NCBI GenBank assembly: GCA_965113315.1
Contig: OZ220372.1
Reading direction: 5' to 3' (one strand)
Length of the DNA: 64,000 bases
Source: Podarcis vaucheri
Taxonomy: Eukaryota
This document shows positions 25,661-38,030 of the stretch, piece after piece. Numbering within the stretch: the stretch's first letter is position 1; every line of letters starts with the position of its first letter. A model generated the notes under the pieces. It was not told the origin of the DNA. It saw only the letters and a program-made list of their open reading frames with translations, and did not search any database. The position numbers and the translations under genes were made by a program.

Positions 25661-27142
25661 CTGGGCAGACGGTTGCATGCAGGTCATAGAATAATCAGGA
25701 TGGAGGCCACAGAGGGCATTAACACCAAACGCAAAACGAAACTCACAAAGAAACCCACAAGGGGATGAGGTAAATGTTGGGACAGGGTGGTCAGCAGACA
25801 GACATTTAGGAGAAGAAGAAAAAACAATGGAGTAAGGAAAAATTAGTTGGCAAATAAAATCGTATAAAAATGGAGAAAAGTAAAGAAAAAAGGTAGATGC
25901 GAACTTAAGATATAGAGGGCTGCATTTTTTTATTTCGGAATGTTTTATTTTAATAATGTTAGGTTGCAGCTGAAAGGGGTTTAAACTGGAATTCTCTCAA
26001 GAATTGAGAGCGAAGCAGCTGCACATTCATTCTCAAACAGTGATGGATAAGGCTCCAAAATCTTGCATCTTAACCGAGATTATTGGCTTCAGGAAGGATT
26101 CTCTACTGCTAGGCTTTTATGGGTTTTTCTACCCACCTTCCTGAAGAACCGAAATGGACACAATTTAAGGAGGGGTAAAAGAACAGGCACTTTGCTAGAG
26201 GGCTAAAACATTCTTTTTGAAAGCCTCTTAGCTTTCTTTTACTTTCACACTCAGAAAACGCCATATTAAAGGGACAGAAAAATGTTTTCCTATGGCCCAT
26301 TTGGTGTTTTGGATCTTCTCCTGGGATATGCAGGACAGCATGCTTGCTTCAGCCATATGAATTTGTTTTAGTCCATGTGTACTCCCATGCCCTGAAGACA
26401 TTCCTATGACAGAATTGCAAGTGAAAACATGATTCCGCTTGCAGTATATTATAAAACGGATTTTCTATGCTCGCAGATTTATTTTATTATTTAACTTTCA
26501 CAGCTACGCTCAAGCAGGTTAAAATTACACAGGGTGCCAAGGTGATGAGTGCAGCACTCCAGCTACGAGGACCTGCTTTTCTAAACAGGAAATCTGGTTA
26601 TGTGTGGAGTGATTCACAGGGCAAACGATGGGGAGCCTTCTCTCATATGTTCAACTGATGGCAACGCACCAAAGATTAGCTCATAGATGACTCACTTGAC
26701 ACACACAACTCATGTAGCTGCATCTCCCACGATGGGGCATAAAACATGCATATGAACCAATGGGGGTGGCAGAAGCCAACAGTATCATCACGCAGAAATC
26801 TGCATGAATCGAAAGCCTGGTTAAACCTCCAGAACTGAAGAACCGTTCTAATCCGTGGGGCAAAGATGGAGCAACATGCAAGCAGCTCTTTGCGTTAGAT
26901 AAACTGCCCTCTATCAAAACAGTACAAAACCCATAAGTGCAAGAACAGTAGTTACTAAGGATGGAGTTTCCCCTCTATCCTTAAGATGTTTCACCTATAT
27001 GACTTATTTGAGAACAAGGAGGTATCCTGGTCAAAGCCAACAAGCCTCCAGATTCTCCCTGCCAGATAAATCCAAAATATCCTACTAGCTAAGCCATTAG
27101 CTGAGGTGCAAATGACATTCAAGCTGAAAAGCCTCTTCCTAC

Positions 27143-27316
27143 CTGTCTCCGGATGCCTGTGGACTGTGCAGGGGCATTCTCCTCAAATTTGGCCAGCAGC
27201 TGTGTTGCCATGGACTTCACTTTATTCTGATTCCCAATGGCGGCATCAATTCTCCTCTCTGTCAGGGCGCTCACCAGAGTGGGCCTCTCTTCTCGGTAGC
27301 TTCGGGAAGAGTCCTC
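27143..27316 (-). CDS. MICAL3: MICAL3 exon 16 (EDSSRSYREERPTLVS...NKVKSMATQLLAKFEENAPAQSTGIRRQ)
   Basis: Manual translation, 174 nt, phase 0-0, CAG|GTAGGA donor. Confidence 0.95.
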
Positions 27317-27514
27317 CTGGCAAATTGAAATGGATTATACACTAATGGATTCCCTTTCCAGAGCCACTTTCTGCATATCTCCAATTCTGTGCATCATTCC
27401 TAATTTTCAAAACACATCTTCCTTCTTGCCAGTTTACCCTGCTCACAATATGCCCATCTACCTGCTAAATTGCTCCTGCTATGAGAATGTGCAATGAAAT
27501 TAAGATGAACAGAA

Positions 27515-27690
27515 GGAAGGGGCCATAGCTCAGTGATACAGCACAATCTTTGCATGCAGGAGGTCCCCAGGTTGAATCTCCATCTTCGAGCTGAAAGATG
27601 GGGAAGACATTTGCCTGAGGTCCCGAGAGTTCCAAAATTTCAGTAAAGCTAACATGAACTTGCCCATCTGAGCTAACTGACTCTCTCCCT
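27515..27690 (+). mobile_element. tRNA-derived SINE (Squam3-like), degenerate
   Basis: ggggccatagctcagtg A-box and ggttgaatctcc B-box-like head. Relatives at ~42855-42925 (+), ~54560-54635 (-) and ~58960-59135 (+). Confidence 0.6.
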
Positions 27691-28124
27691 GCACGCCATA
27701 GCATTAAGAGGAATTCAAGGAGAAAAATCTCATTGCTCAAGATTACAAATGCTAATGTACTGTACATCTCTCTATCAGGATGCACTGCATATCTTCATAT
27801 ATTCCTGAAAGCTCACCTCCAAACATATCAAAGCAACACTGCTCAGGTTTAGCTGGAAACATCTTGCAGTAAGCAAAACAGTGACCATAATCAGAGCATT
27901 TTGTATTCAAAACAATTACACCTCTCTGACAGTTTGGGTGGATGATTTGGTTTTACAAAAACCTGACAGGGGGCATGTTTCTGAGCTGAAGTAGGAGGCA
28001 AGGTCACATGACTGAATCCCCTCCCTTGCACATGGAAAACTGAACAGTTGCTTTTGGGAGGAACATTCTGTGAAGAGGAAGGCAAAACGGAAAACAAAAC
28101 AAAACAGACTACTCTCTTACTTAC

Positions 28125-28187
28125 ATCTTCTGACTGGCTTGTCTTCCTCCTCTTTCCTGCACCATCCAGGTCCTTCTCCTTTTTATC
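28125..28187 (-). CDS. MICAL3: MICAL3 exon 15 (DKKEKDLDGAGKRRKTSQSED), basic NLS-like cluster
   Basis: 63 nt, phase 0-0, donor |GTAAGT. Confidence 0.94.
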
Positions 28188-28516
28188 CTGGGCAGAGAAA
28201 GGGGAAAAAACATTGAGCCCATATTTTCTCAGCCTATAATTTTGCCTATAATAAATCTACTTTGCATTTTAAGTGAAAGTCCTACCTAACCTCCTCATCT
28301 AAAATAAGCAGGTGCCTGAATAGCTGATGGCATGTCCTAGGGGTACGCATTAGCTCTGTGTAACCTGAATTACAAGTGATTTGGGGAAGGTTCCCATGTT
28401 TCCAAGTTAGATGACACCATCAACAAAGCATCTCAAGGTGGATCAGGGTGTCCCTGAACTGGGCATAAACATAAGCACTCTTTCTACAAATTTATTCCCA
28501 AAACAACTGTGCTTAC

Positions 28517-28629
28517 CTTTGGTGTCCGTTTCCGAGAAATGCTCTGCCCCAATTTGCTGAAGAAGGAGATTGGAGATTTAGCAGTAGCAATTAATGCAGC
28601 TTTTTCTTCTGCATTCAGTTCCAGGTTAT
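28517..28629 (-). CDS. MICAL3: MICAL3 exon 14 (DNLELNAEEKAALIATAKSPISFFSKLGQSISRKRTPK)
   Basis: Manual translation, 113 nt, AAG|GTAAGC donor. Confidence 0.95.
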
Positions 28630-29266
28630 CTGTGAGCAGAAACAAATATGATTAGTTGAGACATAGCAAAATCTGAGACTAAACACCCTAAGGAGAGTTC
28701 CATTTCTTCTCATATATGAGCATTAGTATTCCATATCCTTCTTTTTCTCTCTGCCCTCTCACTTTTCCTTTGCTTACACTTTATGCCACAAAACACCCCA
28801 ATCAATATTCTATTCAATCTCTTTTCCATTCTAGAAAAGGACTGAGCATTTAAGATATTTTTGCTTAAAGGTGTTCAGAACTCCTTTTAGGAGAGGCATA
28901 CAACCTTTCCCTGTCTGCTTTCTCTGTTCCATCAGAAATATTCCCAGATAGGAGGAGAAGGTATGTGTCTTCATCTCCACTTCAGGGATAGATTACAACA
29001 TTGCTGCTGGATCCTTACCTGTGAAGCTGGAGCTTCGGGAAGCAGCAAACACCCCAAATGCCTTCCTAGGCATTACAATTTTTAAATATTTGTGGCATTT
29101 GTAATACAATTAAAAACGCACAATGAATCAATAAATTAACAACTGTGTGTAGCTGTAGATTGCCCACCCCGAATGAGTCAATGGCCCCTGAAAGAAAGAA
29201 AAAATCCCCAGCTTGGCATACAGTGTTCAAGAACTATTTCTAGCAGATATATCCTAGTTTTCTTAC

Positions 29267-29463
29267 CACCAGAAGGAAGGGAGTCCTTGAACATTTCGTA
29301 GAACTGGGTGAGATACATGACCATGGACAGCTTGTCTGGTTCACCAACTGATGCCATATCTTTGCCAGTCATGATGGGAGAGATCCCAAACTCTTTCTCA
29401 GCAACGTCAAATGCCAGCTGGTTATTCTTCTCTACATTGTGTTCATCTAGAGAGTCAAAGTCT
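29267..29463 (-). CDS. MICAL3: MICAL3 exon 13, CH domain C-half ([18 protein letters not shown]...DSLPSG)
   Basis: 197 nt, [14 protein letters not shown] motif, donor G|GTAAGA. Confidence 0.96.
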
Positions 29464-29519
29464 CTGGAGGGAAGAAAATGTGTGGCCTAAAGGTTAATTT
29501 CTCTATACCCACTAATCAT

Positions 29520-29815
29520 TAAAGGTAAAGGGACCCCTGACCATTAGGTCCAGTTGTGGCCGACTCCGGGGTTTTCGGCGCTCATCTCGCTTTATTGGCC
29601 GAGGGAGCCGGCGTACAGCTTCCGGGTCATGTGGCCAGCATGAGTAAGCCGCTTCTGGCAAACCAGAGCAGTGCACGGAAACGCCATTTACCTTCCCGCC
29701 AGAGCAGTACCTATTTATCTACTTGCACTTTGACGTGCTTTCGAACTGCTAGGTGGGCAGGAGCAGGGACCGAGCAATGGGAGCTCACCCCGTTGCGGGG
29801 ATTCGAACTGCCGGC
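29520..29815 (-). mobile_element. Sauria SINE, 5'-truncated near the B box
   Basis: aaaggtaaagggacccctgacc (reverse tail) to ggggattcgaac. CpGs retained. Confidence 0.9.
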
Positions 29816-30156
29816 CCATTAGGAAACTACAAAATCCTCCCACTAGCAGCCTCCAGATCTTATCTCATTATCCCCTCTCATTTCTATGGAGGACGAGGCT
29901 ATCAACAGCTACTGGCCATGAGGGCTATGCTTTGCCTCCATAACTGGAAGCAGTTTCCTTCTGGAGGGGAGTGATCTTTGCTCATTTCATGCTTGCAGGC
30001 TTCCCCCTTGCATCTGGTTAGCCATTATGAGAAGAGAATGCCAATTATATGGGTCATTGGCATCATCCATCAATTCTTACTCCTCTCCCGACCCCCACAC
30101 CATTCGGACCATCTAGCGTCAGGATGCCCTCTTCAACTTAACATTCAGTTTCTTAC

Positions 30157-30304
30157 ATGAGGTCAGGGCGATATCGGTGGATAATGGCACACAGCGCTAG
30201 GCCGCTCTTCCAAGACATTGTAAGATCTGTTACGTTTACGCCGGCATATCCGTCTGTCTGCCTCTGACACCAGCCCAGGAGTTTGCTAGAGCGAGCCACC
30301 GACT
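30157..30304 (-). CDS. MICAL3: MICAL3 exon 12, CH domain N-half ([14 protein letters not shown]...HRYRPDL)
   Basis: 148 nt. CH2-type motif [19 protein letters not shown]. Confidence 0.97.
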
Positions 30305-30415
30305 CTAAATACAAACACACACATATGCAACTGTTGTTCCAGGTGCTCAGCACTGTTGTCCAGAATAAATAGATAAAAAGCGCCCTGATGAAGTAAAAAG
30401 GAATATATCCTTCTG

Positions 30416-30444
30416 CCACACACACACACACACACACACACACA
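30416..30444. repeat. (CA)n microsatellite, (UG)n in pre-mRNA ~110 nt upstream of the exon 12 acceptor
   Basis: Direct reading. Confidence 0.95.
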
Positions 30445-30718
30445 ACTTCAAATAACATTTTCCATTATCATGCCTGTACACAAAAGTTAAATAATACAGC
30501 TTGTGTTTATCAAAGACTGTGAGTTGTCAAAGGGACTTTGAAGTCACTAAGGGACATTGAACACGGCTTTAAATAAAATATCCAGGCAATACTCTTCTAA
30601 AATGTATCATCTGAGAACCTGACTTCTGATTGCCACTGACATAGACTGTGGTTTTGAAACTCACGAGAGGGGAGAGAAGAAAGTGTCACAAAAGGAATGG
30701 GGAAGACTGGGAGCTTAC

Positions 30719-30812
30719 CATTCCGCGACAACTTTGGTGTCCTGGAGTTCACCAAATTCTCTATTTCCAGGTGAATGTCTTTCAAGTCTCCTGTATCATA
30801 CAAATGACGTAC
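30719..30812 (-). CDS. MICAL3: MICAL3 exon 11 (VRHLYDTGDLKDIHLEIENLVNSRTPKLSRN)
   Basis: 94 nt, donor G|GTAAGC. Confidence 0.95.
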
Positions 30813-31303
30813 CTGTACCAGTTCAAAAAGATTTGCTTATTATCTCAAGCTTCAAAGAAGAATGCAAAAAAGTTAAGCATTTGTTGAATGACACAGGTGC
30901 GAGTGAACTATGTAAGTATCTGCAGAATAGTCACTCTCATGACAATAGGGATGAGTACCCTGTGGCCTTCCAAATGCTGGATTCCAACTTCAGCCCCAGC
31001 CAGAAAATCAAGAGATGCAGACTAAAAACATCTGAAGGGCCACAGCTTCACCACCCTAATTTTAAATTAATTTTAAAGTTTCTGTCTTGTAGCCATTACT
31101 TTCATGTTGTATATTGATTTTGTTTTATACTAGCTTTGTATTTTGTTCTTCTCTGCAATCCAAAAAAGCAATAAATAAATATAAATATGTAAAATAAATG
31201 AAACTAAGTTACAAAGTTAGGGTAATGTTGGACAATGGATTTCTGCCTGCTCCACTCATCCTGTCTGTTGATTAATGATTTCCAGATAGACAGATAAAAT
31301 CTA

Positions 31304-31375
31304 CCGTATTTTTCACTCTATAAGACGCACCTGACCATAAGATGCACCTAGTTTTTAGAGGAGGAAAACAAGAAA
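31304..31375. mobile_element. Truncated end of a Tc1/mariner (pogo/Tigger-like) element
   Basis: TA + CCGTATTTTTCACTCTATAAGACGCAC with a repeated ATAAGA(C/T)GCACCT subterminal unit. No second TIR seen. Confidence 0.5.
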
Positions 31376-31544
31376 GCAACGCAAAGCTTTGCGTGGCTAT
31401 CCCTGCTCTTCCCAACAATTCCTCTTAGATCTGACTCAAGGTACAGTACACAGACAAGAAGAGATAAAGACAGCCACATCAAGGAGACACGGGACTCAAA
31501 GTGCATTCAAGCACACTGGAAGAGCCCAGGATTAAAGCAGTTAC

Positions 31545-31671
31545 CTGGGCTGGTCGCAGGAAGTTGACATTGATGTTAGGATACCGTGTGACAGGGTCAA
31601 TGCAGTACTGGCTAAAGTTTTTGCTCACATTCTCAGGGGTGGTCTGAGGCAATAATCTATAGATGCTCTCC
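31545..31671 (-). CDS. MICAL3: MICAL3 exon 10 ([22 protein letters not shown]...LRPAQ)
   Basis: Manual translation, 127 nt, CAG|GTAACT donor. Confidence 0.96.
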
Positions 31672-33881
31672 CTAGGAGAAAGAAGACAATGGCATTAGTA
31701 CCGGTGACGTAAAAGAGTGTCTTCAATGACATAAAATGTTGCCCAGTCAACACCTTTTCCAGCAGCCATCACTGAACAAAATTATTTCACCCCACTTATC
31801 AATTGATTGTCTTTGCCATCTATGGCAAACGGTTATCCTTTGTTGCTGCTTAGGACAATATCTAACTGCCCCATGCACATGTGAAAAGCTATAACTGTGG
31901 CACTCTGTTCATTTTAACTGATTTGTAAATGCGATGTCCTTTCTGTAAATATTTCAAGGCACTCTGTCATTTAACTGATTATATTTAGGTTTCAAGCAAT
32001 CCCTTATGACACGGTTGGCCTGAGCCCAGAAACTCAAGACTCACTTTTTCCATTCAATTAAAAAAACCAGAAATATTTACCTCGTTTTAAGTAGGATAGT
32101 AGAAAAGCAGCCGGCGTTTCTGATTTACCTAAGCTGTGTTTGCCTGGCCACAAGTATGTGGAAAGCCTTCAACAGATGCACCTATTCGCTGGAGCCTTGC
32201 CATGCAGTAACAAACAAAACAAAGCAAAACCCAACTACCTGATGAACTTCACCCTGCCATGCAATATTTGGGGCCTGTGTAATGCCTGAGCATTTTTGGA
32301 ATGCTAGGAGGAGCTGACTGATGAGTAATGGCTACATTCAAAGGCAGTTGGAAAAATCAGTTAGGAGAGTGAGTTGAGGGAATTAAGAGTGAGGGTGAGC
32401 AGTGACAGCTTATGAGAAGGTTAGACAGAGAATAAAGGAATTAGTGATTAGCACGATAACATCTGTTTAATTTGTTACAATTTCTCTTGTCTCTCCCGTG
32501 TGTATGCAGTAAACTTCTACCACAACCTTTGCCTGTGCCAGGGCATGACACCAGAGGTTAACAATGCTGTTATGCAACGGGAATGAAATGTGACTCAGAA
32601 AAGAACAATTTTGAACTCAGAAGAACAATTTTCATCTTAATTACATTGCTGCTTGGCTTCAAAGCCTTTTAAGGTAGGTTGGCCCAGAAGTGCTCGTTTG
32701 TCAACTGATCTGTCCTTAGAATACTGGGAGAAGCTGGCAGAAGATGAGTCTGGACCTCAGTCTTCTATTTACTAATTACACTTGAATTAGTGTTCTCCTT
32801 CTTAGTTCTTCCCACTATCCCCACGTGAAAAGTTGCATCTCATAAAGGACATCCTTCCTGCAAGTTGCTTGGATAAATTTTTACAATGTCCCTGTTCATG
32901 GCTCCTCATGTGCTATTCACTCAGGAAATGAGGACTAGTGATTAGAGCACCAATATCGGACGTGGGATGAAATCCCTATATTCTCCAAGACTGCAATTCT
33001 AAACACACTTAACCCCAGAGCAAGTGTCACGGTACTCACCGGGGCTTATTTTTGAGCAGACACGCACAGGACTGCAGTGAGAGTCCAACTGGACAGGTGT
33101 CTCTCTCTCGCCATCTAATCTCTCTTGTAAAACCATTGCAAGTGTACATAAAGTAATCCCACTTAAAAAAACCCTGTGTTGCTTGCAGGAAGACAATGGT
33201 ATGGAAACTGCTCCACATGACCATTAAATCTGATTCTGCACACAAAGAGAAACTTCCTAATGTGTCTGGGTGGAATTACACAAATTCAGCAGATAAACAC
33301 ACAAAGAAAAGCACAGCAAAAAAGAGTGGGGAAACTGAAATGCAATTGGACAAAAAGGGTGCAGAATTAAGGTTGGTTCATGCTTGCATAAAAATCTGCA
33401 TATATTATATTAAGGAGACATAGACACTTCCATATTATGGCCCAGTTTGCACATCACATTAAACCCTAGTTTAAAACGAACTGTGGTTTAATGTGAACAA
33501 GCAGCATGCTAGTTCGCAATACTCAAAAGTTCCCTAAATGCTTCCCCTCTACTAATTCCTGCTGCTGCTGCACAGGTGAAACAAACCAGAGACCAGCTTG
33601 CCATATCATCCGAATGAGGGCTCAGAGTTTGCTTGTTGGAAACAAGCCATGAGTCGTAAACCAAGAACTAAACTTGACTACTGCTTGTGGCCTGTTTTGG
33701 GGAAAACAAGCCCGTGTTTGGGATACACAACAAGCCACACTCTGGCTTATTTCATTTGCAGTACAGTAGCTGCAGGGAATTACAGTTTAAGGTGACATGT
33801 GAACCAGGCCACTCTCTCATCTGGAGAGAATTCACGTTTGTTCTCTACCCCCCACCACCAAACACACAGAAATGTCTTTAC

Positions 33882-33997
33882 CTCTCTGCAAGAACCTCCA
33901 AAGGACTTGTTCCCAGAGACCAGCTTCGTACCATCCAGGCAGAATCCATGGCGGCAAGGAAGCCCCTGGCAATTCCAGTTCCCATTGGCCAGAATGG
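33882..33997 (-). CDS. MICAL3: MICAL3 exon 9 ([21 protein letters not shown]...EVLAER)
   Basis: 116 nt, in ORF 33832..34122's neighbouring frame by manual translation, donor AG|GTAAAG. Confidence 0.96.
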
Positions 33998-34749
33998 CTA
34001 GAAGCAACCACGAAGAAGCAATGGAGGAGGGGGGAGGAAGAAGAAGAAGAGAATAAGTTCCCTAAGAAAACTGGGGAAGCTGACATATTGCAATGCTGCC
34101 TTAAGACCCAGACTCCCTCCAAGCCTCTGTAGGAGCAACATCTAACAATTTCAATGCACCCTTATCCCCTGAGCTGCCACAGTAGCTTTCCAAAGCCACA
34201 TATGCCATTTAAGTCAATTACAGACTGCTAATTGCTGTTTGCTACCCAATTACAGGCTCTATAAACCATGCTTCTTTTCAAGTCATAGCAGAGCAATTGG
34301 GGGATGGGAGCACTTTCAGCAGTTTCTCATCTGGTCTCTTTTGCATGTTGCGTTTTTCAAGTCACAAGGACACTCCTGCAAGTCACACCCATGTCTGGAT
34401 GTGCATATATATGTAAGACCTACAACAACACTCCACTACATCCATGTGAAGCCAGAGGCACGAGAGCTGCATAAGAAGCAACACTAGCATGCATCAAAAT
34501 GTTCTGAACTGTGAGAAGGCTTGCCTCCTTTTATCATGCAAGTTATTTTTAAAATTTATTCAGTATAGGTTTGTTTAATTGATGTGGATTCTGGAGAAAA
34601 AGCAGTGTGTTGATAGAGAGCAATTAATATTCCGCCCCTATTCAAATGAACTAGATAGTGATGGAAGTTGCCTTTTGATAGTCCTCCACACATTTACAAA
34701 AAAGAAGGAATTATTCTTTATGCACAGTCCCCTGCCCCACAAGATCACA

Positions 34750-34855
34750 TGGTGGTATTCAACACTAGTCCTACACAGTAGACCCACCAAAATTAATGGA
34801 CATGTCTAAGTTAGCATCATTAATTTCAATGGGTCTGCTCTGAGTTGGATTTTCT
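34750..34855. repeat. Palindromic short interspersed element (MITE-like)
   Basis: Imperfect hairpin agtagaccc..aaattaatg / cattaatttcaatgggtctg. Related copies at ~5900-6005 and ~48910-49030, partial at ~16520-16575. Confidence 0.65.
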
Positions 34856-35353
34856 CCAGTGGTAATAATAATAATAATAATAATTTTATGGTGTCACACA
34901 GCTGATGGTGCTGCCTCCCTTCCTCTGTCAGTGGAAAGGAGGCGAGCAACTTTCTGTGATTTCCCCTCCTGCCTACAGCCTCTGCATCCCAAAGTTGCTT
35001 TGGAGGGTTCCCAAACTCTCTGAAGCAGATACAGAGCATCAGCTATGCAACACTGTTTGAAATAACCCATTGTTTTCAAATTCTGTTTTTCTCCACCCAT
35101 TTATTTTTTCCTCCAGATTATTTTTTCTGCTCTGTACAGTGCTAATCCCCTCAACAAACATGGAAACAACTACATATTTGATTGTGAGGTCTTGAGGGCA
35201 AGGACTTCTCTTTCTGTTGCAAAGTGCTGTGCGCATCAGTGATATTACATTAAGAATACAAAACGTTGTTGACCGCCCTGAGCATCTGTGGTGGGAAAGG
35301 ACATAAAAACAAAGCTGTTTGAAACAAGAAACAACCCATGTAAAAGAACAAAC

Positions 35354-35611
35354 CTCTAACAGACTGTCCCCAACCAATGCCACTAGCAACTGGTGGCCAT
35401 TTACTTCTCGAACCATGGCTGCGTTCTCTGAGGCATACATGCATGTGAAGTCAAACATGGCCACATCAGGCTGCCCATAGTGGTTGATAGCGAAGTCCAG
35501 CGATGGCAGTTGCTGATTGGTTGAGAAGTCAGCTGCTTCCCTGGCATAATTGAGCAAAGCTTCCTGATCCACATTCTCCCGCGAAAGAAGGAGCTCTGTA
35601 TCTGCATAGTC
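35354..35611 (-). CDS. MICAL3: MICAL3 exon 8 ([13 protein letters not shown]...[10 protein letters not shown]), GD motif
   Basis: 258 nt, in ORF 35039..35623, AG/GT boundaries. Confidence 0.97.
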
Positions 35612-36795
35612 CTGCAAGACCAAAAAGGAGAGAGAAAGGATCAGGGATTGTGCAATGCTCTGAGGGCATATAAGGCAACCCTAGCACTGAAACTAACCAG
35701 GCCTGGCATCACCAGCTAGCTGCCTAGACAGCAAGCCCCCTAGGAACCACTTCTGAGTTGTTCCAACTTCCTTAGGAGGAGAGCCAAGCATAACAATCAG
35801 ACTTTGTTCAAGAATTGTGCAGGTGGACAAGTTTGGAGCGCAGTGTACCAATATTCAAGGTGAACTTTGGTACATCAGTGAAATGGATGAACTTTTCCAT
35901 TGCAGATGTCCTGGGCCTCTGCCGTCAGCCAGGAGAATAAAGATCACAGGGAAGATGCTCCCCTGGTCTTCTAGGAAGAACATCATGGCAAGGCAGAGAT
36001 CAACCTGGCCACTTCTGTTGACCAAGGACCAGAAGGGAACTTGCTCTACCCGTCCCTGCCAAAAACAACACTTGTAAGAGCTTCATAACTCAACAAGTAG
36101 TAGATCCCAAGTTCGTATCCCCCCCTTCCCCCACAATCTTGTGTTATGTGCTTTAGACTGTAAGCCTGAGAATTGGAACCATCTTATTGATTGCTGTAAG
36201 CCACTCTAGGAAGATGTCAGCTGAAAATCAGGATAAAAAATACTTTAAATAATATAACAGGAAGGAATACTTATTCTGGGAAGGAACCACCATATTCTGG
36301 TGGTTAAAAAACAACCCTTTGCTGCCACACTTTATATCAAATAGCATAGATGTATTTTTCGTGGATAGATGTTTATGCACAAAACAGCAGCTCCCAGCAG
36401 CTCATTTACTGAGTCAGTTCAGTTACACAGTGGTGAAACAAATATGTCAGAACACAAGAGCAAACTCTGCCACTACTGAGAATTAAAGATACCAATCAAG
36501 CTTGTCTTTCAAGGTTACTCAAGGTCATATTTATATAAGGTGCAATTAGCTCTTGAATTTTGGTGACTGCTTCTGGGGGCACTTGGACCACTGCATTATT
36601 TGTCAGTTTCCCATTTAATAATCTAATGGCCTCTTTGCTTTAAATTGACGCTATCAATAATCTGAGTCAAACCCTGTCCTAGAAGATTGATGTGATAGCC
36701 AAGCAAGTCAGCAGAATAGTTAGCAAACTTTAAAGTGCTTGAATGATGGTGCTACACTCCACACAGTGTACAAAGAGACTTAACAGCATACTCAC

Positions 36796-36896
36796 ATGCA
36801 ATATCACTCCTTTTTCCAGTAAGCTCTGCTTTTTGGCAGTCATAACAAAGTAGTGGGTGTCATCTTTGTAGTAGACAATGTTCTCCAGATCAATGC
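36796..36896 (-). CDS. MICAL3: MICAL3 exon 7 ([34 protein letters not shown])
   Basis: Manual translation, 101 nt, donor |GTGAGT. Confidence 0.96.
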
Positions 36897-37671
36897 CTAA
36901 GTTGGAAGAAAAACAGACACAGAATCAAGCAGTGGAGGGGTAAATACAAGAGCATGTGGCAGAATGCAGAATGTATTGCAAGGGGCCCTCCCGGTGATCT
37001 CACCTTACATGTCCTTGTAAGATGGTCTAAGGAAGACAAACACCTATAGGGAAAAACCAGCCCCAGACTACAAGATGCTCCCCATGCTACAACAAGGTGT
37101 CCAATAAGAAAAAGAAAAAAGCTTCTTCCTGGAGCTGGTGCCAAAACTGGGGTATAATTGGGGTATAAAAACAGCACAATGCCTGGAAAAGGGAAGGGGA
37201 GTGATGCTATTACACAGATCTAGTTGATATGGACCCCTGAACGCCTCATTTTCAAAACTCTAATGGCCTAAGATGCAAACTTCTACCAAGCAGACTGCAA
37301 GGCATATGATGCTTTTGATCCAAACAGACAGGGCTTTTTTTCTAGAAAAATAGGTGCCGGTACTGACCATGAAGTTGTTACACTTAGTGCCACACTTTTT
37401 AACAACAACAACAGCTGTGCCGGTATTGCGTACCCTTGAGTATCCCCTAAACCCCCACTGCAAACAGATGTAGCCCATAACTTGCAAGTTGTTAAGTGAA
37501 GAAGTAGTCTTGCATGAATGGCCTTTCCGGAAGCCTCGGCAACACGGAACCAAACAGTGAAAAGGGTCCCACAAGACAACACGAAGCAGAGACCCACTTT
37601 AAATGTACATACAGTGCTGTGGTGGTTTCTGCAGTTGCCATAGCTGTTTCCATATTAAAAATTTTAAAAAT

Positions 37672-38030
37672 GGTCCAGTTGCACCTTAGAGACCAACGAA
37701 GTTTGTTCTGGGTATTAGCTTTCGTGTGCATGCAAACTTCTTCAGATACACTGAAACAGAAGTCACCAGACCCTTATATAGTGGGAGGGTGGGGTGGGGT
37801 TTTTCTCAGAAGGGTAGTAGGAGATTGGTGATTGGCTCAAGGGGCATGGTAAACCTGTTGACGACTGTTAACGACTACAATTAGTCCTACAGGAAAAAGC
37901 AAGGGACAGTATGCAGATGACCAAAAATAGCTTTAGCATGTGTAATGAGACAAGAATCCAGTATCTCTATTCAGACCAGGTCTTTCCATAGTTTTCAGTT
38001 TAGTAATAAGTTGTAATAAATTGTAATTGA
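37672..38030 (-). mobile_element. Penelope-like element 3' end (GIY-YIG C-terminus plus pseudo-LTR)
   Basis: Minus strand reads LQLITKLKTMERPGLNRDTGFLSHYTC* (GLN motif typical of PLE endonuclease ends), followed by a hammerhead motif and ggtctctaaggtgc. Confidence 0.75.
37712..37749 (-). ncRNA. Minimal type I hammerhead ribozyme (Penelope-associated)
   Basis: GUAU-CUGAAGA-A-GUUUGC-AU-GCACAC-GAAA-GC-UA^-AUAC: intact core boxes, 4-bp stem I, stem II with one mismatch, palindromic AGCU stem III. Confidence 0.75.
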
